64,000 bases of DNA from an uncultured virus (IMG/VR IMGVR_UViG_3300022555_003212). Its lineage: Duplodnaviria; Heunggongvirae; Uroviricota; Caudoviricetes. The position numbers were made by a program, and so were the translations under genes. Below are positions 1 through 10,019 of the stretch, piece by piece. The stretch lies in the IMG/VR virus record IMGVR_UViG_3300022555_003212. One strand, given 5' to 3'. The stretch's first letter is position 1; each line of letters opens with the position of its first letter. The notes below the pieces were generated by a model that had not been told where the DNA came from, searched no databases, and saw nothing but the letters and a program-made list of their open reading frames with translations.

Positions 1-1551
1 TTGGAGAATCCGCTTACTCCATATGCTGAATATTCGCTTGGTTATAAAATTGTTTCTGTAAATAATGCAAAAAATGAAATAGTTATTAATCGTGATTATA
101 TTGATATTCCAACAGGTAAAATATTAAAAAACCAATATCTAAGTAAAGCGTCTTGTAGGGGTGGTAGGTATTATAGTGGAAATGCGGATGGTGCTGTTTT
201 TTATAATTGTGATATTTATTCTGGACTTACTATTACTCAGGGGGTGTTAAAATATTGCGATTTATATGGTATCACATTTAATGAAAAATATTCTGATACT
301 CAAACAATTGTCACAAGTGACTCATTTAATTCGAAATTCAATGTTAAATCTCAGACTACAACGACATATCAATCAAATAATTCTTATTATAATAGAATTG
401 AAAGTTGTAATTTAATAGATTGTAATGTATTGAATGGTATGTTTTCTGGATGTACAATAACTGGTACAACAGGGGATAATTATATTAATAATGGATATTT
501 CTATAATTGTAATATTTCTGGGTATACTATTAATAATGGGCATTTTTATAATTGTAAAATAAATAGTAATAATACTTGGAATTATGGATATTGGGATAAC
601 ACTAATGGTACTGGGATTGATTTTAACGCAAATTGGCATGATGGGGTTTGGAATAGAGGGGATTTCAGTTCACCACAAATTTGGTCGGGGGGAACATTTA
701 ATAATGGAACATTTTCAAATACTGTCTGGGTTAATGGTATCGTAAATAATGGGACATTTAGTAATTCTACGTGGTATAATGGGTTAGTCAGAAATGGTAG
801 GTTTACTGCAAATACTATATGGCATGGCGGAACATTTAATAAGGGTATTTTTAATAATTCTATATTTTCTGGGGGAACATTTAATAATGGAAATATGTAC
901 AGTTCAACCATATATGGTGGAAGTCTCGATGGCGGTGTAATAAGCGGATCGACTTTTTATAATGGTAGGATAAAGGGGGCAAGTCTTTGGGGCACCACAC
1001 TTTATGGTGGTAAAATATATTCCACCCCCAACGCATATTATTTAACAGCACCATTAAATTCAACAATTTCTTTATATGGCGGAAATATTAAACAATCTAA
1101 TTTTTTTGATGGAGATATTTTTAATGGGCAGTTTGATGGCTGCACTGGTAATGCAAATTTGAAAATTTATAATGGTAATTTTTCTAATTGTAAATTTACA
1201 GGAACCACGATTCAAAATGGTATTTTTAATAAGTGCATCAGTAAATCACTGAATTTTTATTATGGTATTTATACTGAAGGCTTCATGTATAACAGCGTTT
1301 GGTATGATGGGTATTGGAACGATGGAACGTTCTCTGGTACAACAATGGGAGCTGGGCTAACACATTGGTATGATGGGCATTTTTATGGTGGGGTGTTCTG
1401 GGGTGATGTTGCGCCAGCAGGGATTAACTCATCTTGGCATGGCGGATATTTTCATTACGGTGTTAAAAATGGTACAAATATTATTCGACCTGGTGGAATT
1501 GTAAAGGTCTGGGCTAATATTATATTACCAGAGGGCAATAAAGGTTTATAA
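1..1551 (+). CDS. Gly/Asn-rich repeat protein (probable beta-helix, putative virion protein), 5' partial
   Basis: Long ORF open from the window edge; many GxFxN/GxWxN 5-residue-period repeats. Confidence 0.6.
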   Translation: MENPLTPYAEYSLGYKIVSVNNAKNEIVINRDYIDIPTGKILKNQYLSKASCRGGRYYSGNADGAVFYNCDIYSGLTITQGVLKYCDLYGITFNEKYSDTQTIVTSDSFNSKFNVKSQTTTTYQSNNSYYNRIESCNLIDCNVLNGMFSGCTITGTTGDNYINNGYFYNCNISGYTINNGHFYNCKINSNNTWNYGYWDNTNGTGIDFNANWHDGVWNRGDFSSPQIWSGGTFNNGTFSNTVWVNGIVNNGTFSNSTWYNGLVRNGRFTANTIWHGGTFNKGIFNNSIFSGGTFNNGNMYSSTIYGGSLDGGVISGSTFYNGRIKGASLWGTTLYGGKIYSTPNAYYLTAPLNSTISLYGGNIKQSNFFDGDIFNGQFDGCTGNANLKIYNGNFSNCKFTGTTIQNGIFNKCISKSLNFYYGIYTEGFMYNSVWYDGYWNDGTFSGTTMGAGLTHWYDGHFYGGVFWGDVAPAGINSSWHGGYFHYGVKNGTNIIRPGGIVKVWANIILPEGNKGL

Positions 1552-1701
1552 ATGGATTTTTTTACCACAATCACATTTTCCACGATAAGGATTACCACAT
1601 TTGCTGCAAAAATGTAATTTTTCTCCTTTTAGGCTTAGCTCATTCTTAATTTCTTCTTCACGATCCCGTCTACGCCTTGCTGCATTAGATTTCTTACTCA
1701 T
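1546..1701 (-). CDS. small basic Zn-ribbon-like protein (51 aa)
   Basis: MSKKSNAARRRR...CSKCGNPYRGKCDC; not in ORF track; shares TTATAA with the upstream gene stop. Confidence 0.55.
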   Translation of the reverse strand: MSKKSNAARRRRDREEEIKNELSLKGEKLHFCSKCGNPYRGKCDCGKKIHL

Positions 1702-1802
1702 TTTTTAATATTTTTATTTTTGGTAAAGGTATAATCTATTTTTGGATAAAAAAAGCAACATTTAAGTTTTATTTACATATAATGTAGAAAATAATATGTA
1801 TT

Positions 1803-2972
1803 ATGTTTACAAGTATTTTATTATTCCTAAAAAATCCAAAGAGTTGGATATTGATTTTATTCATACTTTTCCTTTTATTAATTGGACTGTTTTTCTATCA
1901 AGTTAATAGAACCGCACATTTTAAAAATTTATATGAGGACCAGGTAAAAGAAACTACAAGAATTAGCAATAATTATCTGGCATCTCAAGATACTATTCGA
2001 ACATACAAAGATAAGAATGGTAGTATGGTTAGTGAAATAAGTGGCTATCAAATAACATCAAAAGAACTTGATACCAAATATAAATCATTATTTAATTTGT
2101 ATTTAAAAGAAAAGAATAAAACCCCAAAGGTTATCATCGAATATAAATATATCATGAAAGATACATTGAATAGTAAAACTAATGTATCGGATTCATTAAT
2201 TACATATGGTGGAGATACAATTAAATATGCTGGAAATAACTGGACATTAATTTCTGGTAAAATTCCATATCAATTATCTTGTAACATAAAGAAAAGCTCA
2301 GTAACACAATATGCTTATGATCGTGCAAAAGTTTATTCATATGATTTGCGTGAAAGAGGATTAAGCGAATCTAAAGTTGTAGCTTATAAGAACAATAATT
2401 TAATAAGCATTACAGACGCTTTAAAAGACTCAGCATCGATATTTAGGGTTATGATTAAGCAAAGTCAAACTGATGTCACAGATGATATTTCGAAGGTTAT
2501 TGACAAGGATTTAGTGGATAAATACTACGATAATTCAAATAAAATGTACACCTTTGTTACTGGAGTGTTTATTCCTAATTCATCTATTGATATAAAAAAT
2601 AGTGAATTTAAACCTAAATTATTCACAGGTATGAACCAAACATATCTTCAGAGTGCAGTTGAAATTAATACGGGATTGTATAAAGATAAAGATGGTCGAT
2701 TAATGATTGATATTAAAACAAAGCATCCGAATATATCATTTACAAGTATTACTGGAGCTGAAATTTTGAATGCTGAAAATACTAAAAAGTTGGAGCGTCA
2801 GGTTAGAAAGCAATTTGGATTTGGTATGAATATAGGTATTGGTGCCATGCTTGCACCAGACAATTCTGCATGGGTGATGAAATATGGTCCTCAAATTTCA
2901 ATAGGCTTGAACTGGACTCCACGCTGGGCACAATTTGGGGCATCTAAAAAATTAAGTACGTTGGGGGAATGA
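1803..2972 (+). CDS. membrane-anchored coiled-coil protein with SPOR-like insert (possible lysis/spanin-like)
   Basis: N-terminal TM helix, coiled coil, C-terminal beta-strands GFGMNIGIG...ISIGLNW. Confidence 0.45.
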   Translation: MFTSILLFLKNPKSWILILFILFLLLIGLFFYQVNRTAHFKNLYEDQVKETTRISNNYLASQDTIRTYKDKNGSMVSEISGYQITSKELDTKYKSLFNLYLKEKNKTPKVIIEYKYIMKDTLNSKTNVSDSLITYGGDTIKYAGNNWTLISGKIPYQLSCNIKKSSVTQYAYDRAKVYSYDLRERGLSESKVVAYKNNNLISITDALKDSASIFRVMIKQSQTDVTDDISKVIDKDLVDKYYDNSNKMYTFVTGVFIPNSSIDIKNSEFKPKLFTGMNQTYLQSAVEINTGLYKDKDGRLMIDIKTKHPNISFTSITGAEILNAENTKKLERQVRKQFGFGMNIGIGAMLAPDNSAWVMKYGPQISIGLNWTPRWAQFGASKKLSTLGE

Positions 2973-3277
2973 GCACAAGAGCAAATATTAAATTTTCAGA
3001 TAAATGGGACAATTATTATATTGATCGTTCTCATGATGGATTTCCTGATAATATTTTACCAGATATTAAAGAAACAATTGATCATTGTAAAGGTAAATGG
3101 AGTGGCAGTGAATTAGGACAATTGGTTAGTTATTTCTTGGGTATGCATTTTGATATGAATAAAAGAATACAAAACTACGAATTAATATCATCAAAGGCTG
3201 GGGATGAAAGCTATTGTTATTGGGTAAAATGGAATGATGAAAAGAAAGAATATGAATTTGGTATAATAACAACTTAA
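2969..3277 (+). CDS. hypothetical phage protein (MSTRA...HxDGxP-like)
   Basis: MSTRANI...RSHDGFP motif; ATGA overlap with the upstream gene. Confidence 0.7.
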   Translation: MSTRANIKFSDKWDNYYIDRSHDGFPDNILPDIKETIDHCKGKWSGSELGQLVSYFLGMHFDMNKRIQNYELISSKAGDESYCYWVKWNDEKKEYEFGIITT

Positions 3278-3281
3278 GAAT

Positions 3282-3491
3282 ATGGAATGCCCAATTTGTG
3301 AAAATGAATTAAAATGCATTGATTACTACGGTAAAACAAAATATGCTGAGCATTGTTGGATTTATCCACAAAGTTGGATAGAAAAAGAAGGTGATATCTT
3401 CGTATGCAAAAATGAAGAATGCGAAGGGTTTGATGAGAAATACTACACAAAAGGTAATAGTGATGAACTTTATGAAGGATACCCATGCTAA
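3282..3491 (+). CDS. small Cys-rich Zn-finger-like protein
   Basis: CPIC...CKNEEC. Confidence 0.65.
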   Translation: MECPICENELKCIDYYGKTKYAEHCWIYPQSWIEKEGDIFVCKNEECEGFDEKYYTKGNSDELYEGYPC

Positions 3492-3507
3492 AACAAAAAT
3501 AAAAGAT

Positions 3508-3927
3508 ATGAAAACAAATTTTTTAATTCTATTGATTGCTATAATGACGTTTGGCTTATCGTCATGTAATGAAAATAAAGCACCTGTAAGTAAAGTAAGT
3601 AAAGACACTATAACTAATAAAGAAGTTATAAAAGTTGTATTTATTGTAGCTAATAATAAAATCGATTTCAATAAGATGAATATCGATGATATAGTAACAC
3701 AAATTGAAAATGATTCTTTATTGGAAATTAAAGCAATTAGCCCAGAAATAAATATTCCACCACGTATAGTTAAAGTTTATAGAGTGGAAGATATTACTTG
3801 CCCATTTTTGAAAAAACGATTTAAAAATAATGATCCTGGAGAATTAGTTTATGAGTATAATGGCAAAATTCTTGTTAAATTAAAAGATGGTGTGATAAAG
3901 GTTTATCATAGCCACCCAGAAAAATAA
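3508..3927 (+). CDS. putative lipoprotein
   Basis: Internal start MKTNFLILLIAIMTFGLSSC gives a signal peptide with lipobox LSSC. Confidence 0.6.
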   Translation: MKTNFLILLIAIMTFGLSSCNENKAPVSKVSKDTITNKEVIKVVFIVANNKIDFNKMNIDDIVTQIENDSLLEIKAISPEINIPPRIVKVYRVEDITCPFLKKRFKNNDPGELVYEYNGKILVKLKDGVIKVYHSHPEK

Positions 3928-3931
3928 TAAT

Positions 3932-4489
3932 ATGACAGACATATCAAAAGACGGTAACGGTAATATTATAATTGCAGAAGAATTATTTGGCAAACTATTA
4001 AGTTATACCACTAAAAATATATTCACTGAAAATTGTAAAAAAATATTGAATCAAAAATTAGTATTTGAAACAATAAGTGATGATTATTATTTGGTCAAAC
4101 GATACGAACACCAGTCTGGTCATTTAGAATGGAGTTGGGATGATGTTCTTGAGGTTAGGAAATTGTTTAAAGGTACCAGATTACAAAGACCGCCAGAGCA
4201 TCCAATAATTCTTACTGATAGCGGAATACCATATTGGAAGCAATATGTGAGTGAGGAGTCTAAAATGGACGAATCTTATTATAATGATCAACCAATGAAA
4301 GCTGATTATGGTGTTGAGCCTGAACCAGAAATTTGGTATATTGAGCGCAATGTATTTTCATCCGAAAGTAATTTAACAATTTCAGAAGATGGTTCTAAGA
4401 ATAGACCATGGGCAAAAAATGAAGTAGATAAGATTGAAAAACATTTTAATAATTTACTGCGAAAAGAAAAATTGAAAAAATTAAAATAA
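3932..4489 (+). CDS. hypothetical, RxxKLxxL tail
   Basis: ends LRKEKLKKLK. Confidence 0.75.
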   Translation: MTDISKDGNGNIIIAEELFGKLLSYTTKNIFTENCKKILNQKLVFETISDDYYLVKRYEHQSGHLEWSWDDVLEVRKLFKGTRLQRPPEHPIILTDSGIPYWKQYVSEESKMDESYYNDQPMKADYGVEPEPEIWYIERNVFSSESNLTISEDGSKNRPWAKNEVDKIEKHFNNLLRKEKLKKLK

Positions 4490-4726
4490 ATGGCAAAGTA
4501 TAGGATTAAACAAAAAAGTGGTTATTTTTATCCACAAAGAAATAATAAATTTGAAACTTTCTGGTGCTGGGTGCCATTGTACAGAAAGTCGTATGATCAG
4601 TATAAAGATTCAATGTCTTCTGATCCAGTTCCAGCATTTTTTAAATCATTAGATGAAGCCAGTGATTTTATTGAAGAGTATCGGAAAAACCATGAAGTTA
4701 AAATTTACACCTATTTGAGAAAATAA
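4490..4726 (+). CDS. hypothetical protein
   Basis: tightly packed in operon. Confidence 0.65.
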   Translation: MAKYRIKQKSGYFYPQRNNKFETFWCWVPLYRKSYDQYKDSMSSDPVPAFFKSLDEASDFIEEYRKNHEVKIYTYLRK

Positions 4727-5025
4727 TGGGATTAACTGTCGGTAAATTATATAGGGTTGTATATACTACAAACCCTTTTCAAAAGGATTCAAATTCTCCA
4801 ATAGATTGCATAATTAAATGTGTTGATGATACTGATCGGGATGTAGACACATTTAAAATAAAATTGATTTATAATTATAGTGGGTATAAAAAGAATGTTG
4901 CAGAATGGAATTTATGCACAAGTTTCAACCAGTGTGAAGAATTAACTGTGGCTGACCTTCGTAAATTGAAATTGATAAAAATAGGTGATATTACCGAATG
5001 GAGCACCCAATCTGGGTATAAATAA
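4726..5025 (+). CDS. hypothetical, RxxKLxxI tail
   Basis: LRKLKLIKI near the C-terminus. Confidence 0.7.
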   Translation: MGLTVGKLYRVVYTTNPFQKDSNSPIDCIIKCVDDTDRDVDTFKIKLIYNYSGYKKNVAEWNLCTSFNQCEELTVADLRKLKLIKIGDITEWSTQSGYK

Positions 5026-5321
5026 TGGGATTAGTATTAACAACTATAGATATGATATTACAAAGTCAATTGATTACAAATATAATAGCCAATGAAATAT
5101 ATCAAATTGGTTGGGAAAATCTTGAAAATACCGATGAAATTTATAATGCCCTTAAACCGCACCTAACATTTGATATTACAGTGTCTGTAATAGAAAATGG
5201 GTTCTTGGTTTCTTACATTCATCCAACTGAAGAAAATTGTTTCGTTGATGTTTCATTTATATTCAAAAAAATGGGGAATCAATTTATTTCGGAAGAAAAA
5301 CTTAGGTATGTAAGTCCTTAG
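5025..5321 (+). CDS. hypothetical protein
   Basis: TAATG overlap in operon. Confidence 0.6.
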   Translation: MGLVLTTIDMILQSQLITNIIANEIYQIGWENLENTDEIYNALKPHLTFDITVSVIENGFLVSYIHPTEENCFVDVSFIFKKMGNQFISEEKLRYVSP

Positions 5322-5403
5322 CGATTAAGATAATCATTAAATTCTTCCTTTGTGCAAATATTATATTTGACGTAATCGTCACAAAGGTTTAAATTTTTTT
5401 AGG

Positions 5404-5811
5404 TTATAAATCAAATCTTGCAGTAATCAAACTTTTTTGGTATCTTAATACTTCGTCATATCTTAATCCTTGTATAGTTACTTCAATATATTTTTCTCGT
5501 ATCCTTACAGGATGATTTTTAATATCACAAATTTTTCCAGATGTCATAAAGATACCCTGAGCTGGTGACGGGTATTTTGATGGCGTGGATATTTGCGCTT
5601 TAGTCAAAGCTTCACTAATGGAATTAATATCTTCCAAATCTATAAGAAAAAATATTAGCGATATATTAATACCATCTATAGCGGTTAGTGTTCCATGCCC
5701 ACTTTCATAAGCTGAACCTTTTTCAACAGAAATTGCATACCAATGCCTACGCAAATCATAAGGAAAATGCTTTTTAAAGAGGTTTATGAATATTTCAGTT
5801 AATTCTGTCAT
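5404..5811 (-). CDS. FDL-tail protein
   Basis: ends ARFDL; TATAAATA just upstream of the ATG. Confidence 0.75.
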   Translation of the reverse strand: MTELTEIFINLFKKHFPYDLRRHWYAISVEKGSAYESGHGTLTAIDGINISLIFFLIDLEDINSISEALTKAQISTPSKYPSPAQGIFMTSGKICDIKNHPVRIREKYIEVTIQGLRYDEVLRYQKSLITARFDL

Positions 5812-5857
5812 ACTTATTTATAAGTACTCGCAGGGCTTTAATTTTTTAGGTAAATAA

Positions 5858-6043
5858 TTAGGCGAATAATTTAATACCCAACGCAACAAGGCTCACAATG
5901 CCAAACATAAAAAGTGCAGCAATTGAATATCCCACAATGGATATACCTTCGCCTACACTATTTCGTACCATTACGTCAACAACGACCATAAAGAACATAG
6001 CGCACAATTCGCAAAAGAACAAATATTTCAGGTAAGTTTTCAT
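5858..6043 (-). CDS. small membrane protein
   Basis: two hydrophobic segments. Confidence 0.6.
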   Translation of the reverse strand: MKTYLKYLFFCELCAMFFMVVVDVMVRNSVGEGISIVGYSIAALFMFGIVSLVALGIKLFA

Positions 6044-6070
6044 AGGTTTGAGGTTTTAGGTAGGTGAATA

Positions 6071-6544
6071 TTAGAAGTTAATTTTAATTTTAGTTCCATC
6101 GGTTGTTATTATGCATTTTCTATTCTGCGTTATGACAATACCAGCCTTAGTCATATTATTCGACCCCATAAAGAAGCACACCACACTTCCAATAAACACC
6201 CCGCCTGTGATAGCCATGGCTCCATATCTGGCACTCTTATTAATGTCAGCACCATTTTTATCATACACTACTGGGATAAACGCTGTCACAATGCCACATG
6301 CAAGCGAAGTTGAGAATAACACAGCCGCATTAGTAAAGTTCCGTCCAGCCCTCTGTAAATACTCGCCTTGAACATAGGATGGGTCAACCTTGATGGTGTA
6401 TTCTATTTTGGCTTTGGTGTTAACCCATTCTCCTGTCGCTGGATTATATTCTTTTGCGGTAATAATCTTTTTGGATATAGTGTCCTGTGCGTTTAAGCTG
6501 GCTGCACAAATCAGCATTGCGAAGATAAAGATTAATTTTTTCAT
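6071..6544 (-). CDS. secreted/membrane protein
   Basis: signal peptide MKKLIFIFAMLICAASLNA|Q (Gln at +1 is typical of Bacteroidota) plus two TM helices. Confidence 0.7.
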   Translation of the reverse strand: MKKLIFIFAMLICAASLNAQDTISKKIITAKEYNPATGEWVNTKAKIEYTIKVDPSYVQGEYLQRAGRNFTNAAVLFSTSLACGIVTAFIPVVYDKNGADINKSARYGAMAITGGVFIGSVVCFFMGSNNMTKAGIVITQNRKCIITTDGTKIKINF

Positions 6545-6569
6545 GTGCCTATGGTTTTAAGTTAGGGCA

Positions 6570-6604
6570 CAAATGTATAAACAATAATCGAATAAAAAAA
6601 ATTT
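6570..6604 (-). promoter_or_regulatory. host-type (Bacteroidota) promoter, T-tract + TACATTTG
   Basis: TAnnTTTG -7 box upstream of 6544. Confidence 0.65.
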
Positions 6605-6721
6605 AAAATTATTTTCTATTTAAACTAATTGCGGATGCATCTTTTATTTCAGTTATTTTCTCTGGCGATAACCCATCAATTTCGAGTGTGACATTAATGT
6701 CATCCTTTGTTATTATATGTT

Positions 6722-7015
6722 TCATATTTTTTCAATATTTAATTTATTTAACTTCTTGACCCGTTCTTCTTTTTTTAATTTTTCATCAAGAATTTGGGTG
6801 GTTTTAATTTTTACATCATCCCACCACCACAAATCAGGCTCACTCCCTAAGGTTGGACGGACAATTTCACTAATAATTGCATTGACTATTTCTTTAAGAT
6901 CAATTTCATTATTTTGAAATTGTACACATTTATCAACCATTTGATGTGCCTTCTTATCAATAAGAGATTGGTCAAATTTTAGTCTTTTCATATATTTAGA
7001 TGAATTTTTTAGCAA
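6722..7015 (-). CDS. hypothetical, RxxKLxxL tail
   Basis: ends ERVKKLNKLNIEKI. Confidence 0.7.
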   Translation of the reverse strand: MLKNSSKYMKRLKFDQSLIDKKAHQMVDKCVQFQNNEIDLKEIVNAIISEIVRPTLGSEPDLWWWDDVKIKTTQILDEKLKKEERVKKLNKLNIEKI

Positions 7016-7242
7016 TTATGATTCGAACCACAGTTGTGCTTGTATATTACATTACCATTTTCATCCAATACTCTATAATATATATCACCAACAACAATTT
7101 CAATAGTTATTTCATTATCCCCATCAAAAAAAGTTATCGATTCCAATATACCATTATTATAATTTTCCTTACATGATGTAGCTTGGATTTCCTCTGTTGT
7201 TTGACCAACAAATGTCTGCTGTCTAATTAATTTATAAATCAT
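7009..7242 (-). CDS. hypothetical protein
   Basis: overlapping operon gene. Confidence 0.6.
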   Translation of the reverse strand: MIYKLIRQQTFVGQTTEEIQATSCKENYNNGILESITFFDGDNEITIEIVVGDIYYRVLDENGNVIYKHNCGSNHNC

Positions 7243-7394
7243 TTTTCAAAATGCTTTTTTAAAATATTCTCAATAATCTTCGATCTATTCTGATCAGTTT
7301 CTTTCGAATATTTTTCAATTAGTCGTATCAGCTCAGGGTGAAGTGAAATTCCAACACTCTGTTTCTTTTCGTTATCTGGTACCCGTTTTCTCAT
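7239..7394 (-). CDS. ribbon-helix-helix (CopG-like) protein
   Basis: MRKRVP...SVGISLHPELIRLIEKY...NRSKIIENILKKHF. Confidence 0.65.
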   Translation of the reverse strand: MRKRVPDNEKKQSVGISLHPELIRLIEKYSKETDQNRSKIIENILKKHFEK

Positions 7395-7503
7395 ATATCT
7401 ATTGTATGCATATTTGTAACAAAAGTTTGAATTATTTGTTACAAATTTTAAAAATTGGAAAAAAGTCATAATTTTTCATTTATATATACAAATAAAAAAG
7501 CAT

Positions 7504-7674
7504 ATGAAATGGGTAGAAGAAAAGAATCGTAAGACAAAAATTTCAATAGCTCTGTCACCAGAAGTGTTGGAAAAAATTGACGATAAGACATCAAATAGGT
7601 CCAGCTTAATAAACTGGCTGCTTAAAGAATACTTTGGTAAACTTGGCGAAGATGTTTCAAAAATAAAATTGTAA
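7504..7674 (+). CDS. ribbon-helix-helix (CopG-like) protein
   Basis: KISIALSPEVLEKIDDKTSNRSSLINWLLKEYF; 56 aa, below the ORF-track cutoff. Confidence 0.65.
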   Translation: MKWVEEKNRKTKISIALSPEVLEKIDDKTSNRSSLINWLLKEYFGKLGEDVSKIKL

Positions 7675-7676
7675 AC

Positions 7677-8471
7677 GTGGAACTATATGAAGAAGTTAAA
7701 GAATTGCGAAAATTGGGGCTTGGTATAACGCCTATTGCACGTAGATTACATAAATGCACCGACACTATAAGATTCGAATTGGTTAAAATGGGTGAGCTCC
7801 CAGAGCGTCCTGTGCAACCTGGCGGTAGAAAAAGAAAGTATACCGTTAATGATAATTTTTTTGATGAAATTGACACTGAAGAAAAAGCTTATGTACTTGG
7901 TTTTTTATTTGCTGATGGTTGTATTAGTAAAATACGAAATCAAGTTTATATTTCATTACACCGAAAAGATAAGTGTATTTTGGAAAAAATAAAGTCTGTA
8001 ATGTGTTCAGATAATCCAATATTTGATACCACTGGTAGATTTTCGAAAGATTATAAAATTACAGAAAAATGTAGTTTAAATATTACAAGTAAAAGATTAG
8101 TTGAGAAATTAGAACTACTTGGATGCGTAGAAAGAAAATCTGATATATTAGTTTTTCCTACCATTTCAAATATTGTTGTTCAGCATTTTATGAGAGGGTA
8201 TTTTGATGGTGATGGATCAGTTTATAAAACTAACACTAATGAATTAAGAATAAGTGTTAATTCAACTAAAGAGTTTTGTGATGAATATCTTAATAAATTA
8301 CCTTATAATGGTAAGGCAACTGTTCGGAAAGAAAAAAGATCAAAAAAGAATGTTTATTACTTTTGTATAGCTGGTAGAAATCAAGTTTATACTATTTACA
8401 ATTTTCTATATGAAAATGCAACTATTTTTCTAAATCGAAAGAACTTAAAATTTACTGAGTTTTATAAATGA
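7677..8471 (+). CDS. LAGLIDADG homing endonuclease with N-terminal HTH
   Basis: AYVLGFLFADG and HFMRGYFDGDG motifs. Confidence 0.85.
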   Translation: MELYEEVKELRKLGLGITPIARRLHKCTDTIRFELVKMGELPERPVQPGGRKRKYTVNDNFFDEIDTEEKAYVLGFLFADGCISKIRNQVYISLHRKDKCILEKIKSVMCSDNPIFDTTGRFSKDYKITEKCSLNITSKRLVEKLELLGCVERKSDILVFPTISNIVVQHFMRGYFDGDGSVYKTNTNELRISVNSTKEFCDEYLNKLPYNGKATVRKEKRSKKNVYYFCIAGRNQVYTIYNFLYENATIFLNRKNLKFTEFYK

Positions 8472-8499
8472 AAAAAGACCGCAATTAGCGGTCTTTTTT
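8471..8499. terminator. bidirectional intrinsic terminator
   Basis: AAAAAAGACCGC-AATTA-GCGGTCTTTTTT between convergent genes. Confidence 0.8.
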
Positions 8500-8520
8500 C
8501 TGTATCGAGTTCTGATTTAA

Positions 8521-9141
8521 TTATGATTTACCATCATTAAAAAGGTGTTCCGTAGCATCGGTTGTAGCATAAGTATTGGTTGCAGAAGCAATTTTCGAGT
8601 AAGCGATCTGAATACCATCACCAGTAGCAGCATAACTAAAAGCGTTACTACTGGATATTCCCATACTTTCAGCTTGAAAGCATGCATCGGCACTTGCACC
8701 CAAGAAAATAAATTCAGCTTTGAATTCTTCCCTAATTTCAGTTACCATTCTTTTAACTAAATCTAAATGGTATTCTTTGCTGGCATTCTCAAAACCATCA
8801 GTAGTCACCACAAAAAGGGTTTTAATTGGTCTTTTCTCTAAGGGTGTTTCAGCTAAAAAATCTAAGTAACTATCACATTCTATGCCTATTGCGTCATTTA
8901 GGCTTGTTCCACCGCCAATACGGTAAGTATTCCTATTTAAAGGTTGCACATCTTTGATTTTTACATTATTGTAGATTTTCTCAAATGTTGTATCAAAAAA
9001 CAAAAGTGATAATCTTGCTTTGTAATCAGCTTCTTGCTGACCTTTAAGGAATGTGTTGAAGCCAAGTATTGCTTCATTAATAATAGATTTCATCGATCCC
9101 GACTTATCTATAATACAAATTATATTTACGTATGGTTTCAT
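8521..9141 (-). CDS. von Willebrand factor A domain protein
   Basis: MIDAS DKSGSM, GGTSLNDAI, TDGFENAS. Confidence 0.85.
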   Translation of the reverse strand: MKPYVNIICIIDKSGSMKSIINEAILGFNTFLKGQQEADYKARLSLLFFDTTFEKIYNNVKIKDVQPLNRNTYRIGGGTSLNDAIGIECDSYLDFLAETPLEKRPIKTLFVVTTDGFENASKEYHLDLVKRMVTEIREEFKAEFIFLGASADACFQAESMGISSSNAFSYAATGDGIQIAYSKIASATNTYATTDATEHLFNDGKS

Positions 9142-9157
9142 TTTCGTCTATTATTTT

Positions 9158-9994
9158 TTAGTCAATTTTGGCTGAGCATTTTGGGCAGAATTTCCATGTT
9201 TGCTTTCTGATCCTGTAGCCACATTGGTTACAATATGCCCTAACCTCTTGAACCTCAGTATCTTTAGCTGAAAACGGCAGCATCTTGTAAGATACTGTGT
9301 AGAATGGTGAAGATTCAAACTTCATATCTACATGTTTCAACTCTTGGTTGGATTGTTCACCCATTTCAATTCTTCCAGTTTCAAGCGGAGTCGACATTGA
9401 ATCCATTGATGCTGAGCATGACATTAAATTCTCATTGGCTGAACCAACAACATCGCTATCAAAGTATTGATCATCAAACGACTGGGTAGAAATTCCTCTC
9501 GACTGTGACATCTTATTCATGGATTTCATCGATTTTGAATAAACCCTTGAATTTGAATTTGAATTTGAACAATTGGTAAAGTGCGGAAGTCCTTTTGTTC
9601 CACTTGAATCAAATGAATAGTTATTCCATCCACCTTTTTCTTTGAAGAACTTGAAATTGATAATACCATTCTGCTGAATAGCTTTAACAGCGTCACTGTT
9701 ATTACCATCTACGGTATAGGTTTCAAAAAGCATTTTACGTTGTTCATCTAAAAACCGATCAAGTGTAACGTCCTGACCTGGATTTATAACCAACAATCCG
9801 TTGCCTTTGTTAATCCCGTTAAATTCGATAGAAATACCCAGCTTCAGATTTGTAGGATTAAACATCCTTAGTTCAAAGTTATCACCATCGTTTAAATAAA
9901 CTTGGTTTCCCTGATAAACTTTTAACTCATTACGATTTGTCGTGATAATGACCGAAGGAACTCGGTCCTGCATTCTGTAGTGATTTGTTGTCAT
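9158..9994 (-). CDS. hypothetical protein with C-terminal double Zn ribbon
   Basis: CNQC...CPKC; upstream of vWA. Confidence 0.75.
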   Translation of the reverse strand: MTTNHYRMQDRVPSVIITTNRNELKVYQGNQVYLNDGDNFELRMFNPTNLKLGISIEFNGINKGNGLLVINPGQDVTLDRFLDEQRKMLFETYTVDGNNSDAVKAIQQNGIINFKFFKEKGGWNNYSFDSSGTKGLPHFTNCSNSNSNSRVYSKSMKSMNKMSQSRGISTQSFDDQYFDSDVVGSANENLMSCSASMDSMSTPLETGRIEMGEQSNQELKHVDMKFESSPFYTVSYKMLPFSAKDTEVQEVRAYCNQCGYRIRKQTWKFCPKCSAKID

Positions 9995-10019
9995 TTTTTT
10001 ATTTTTGTTTTTGTTTTTG

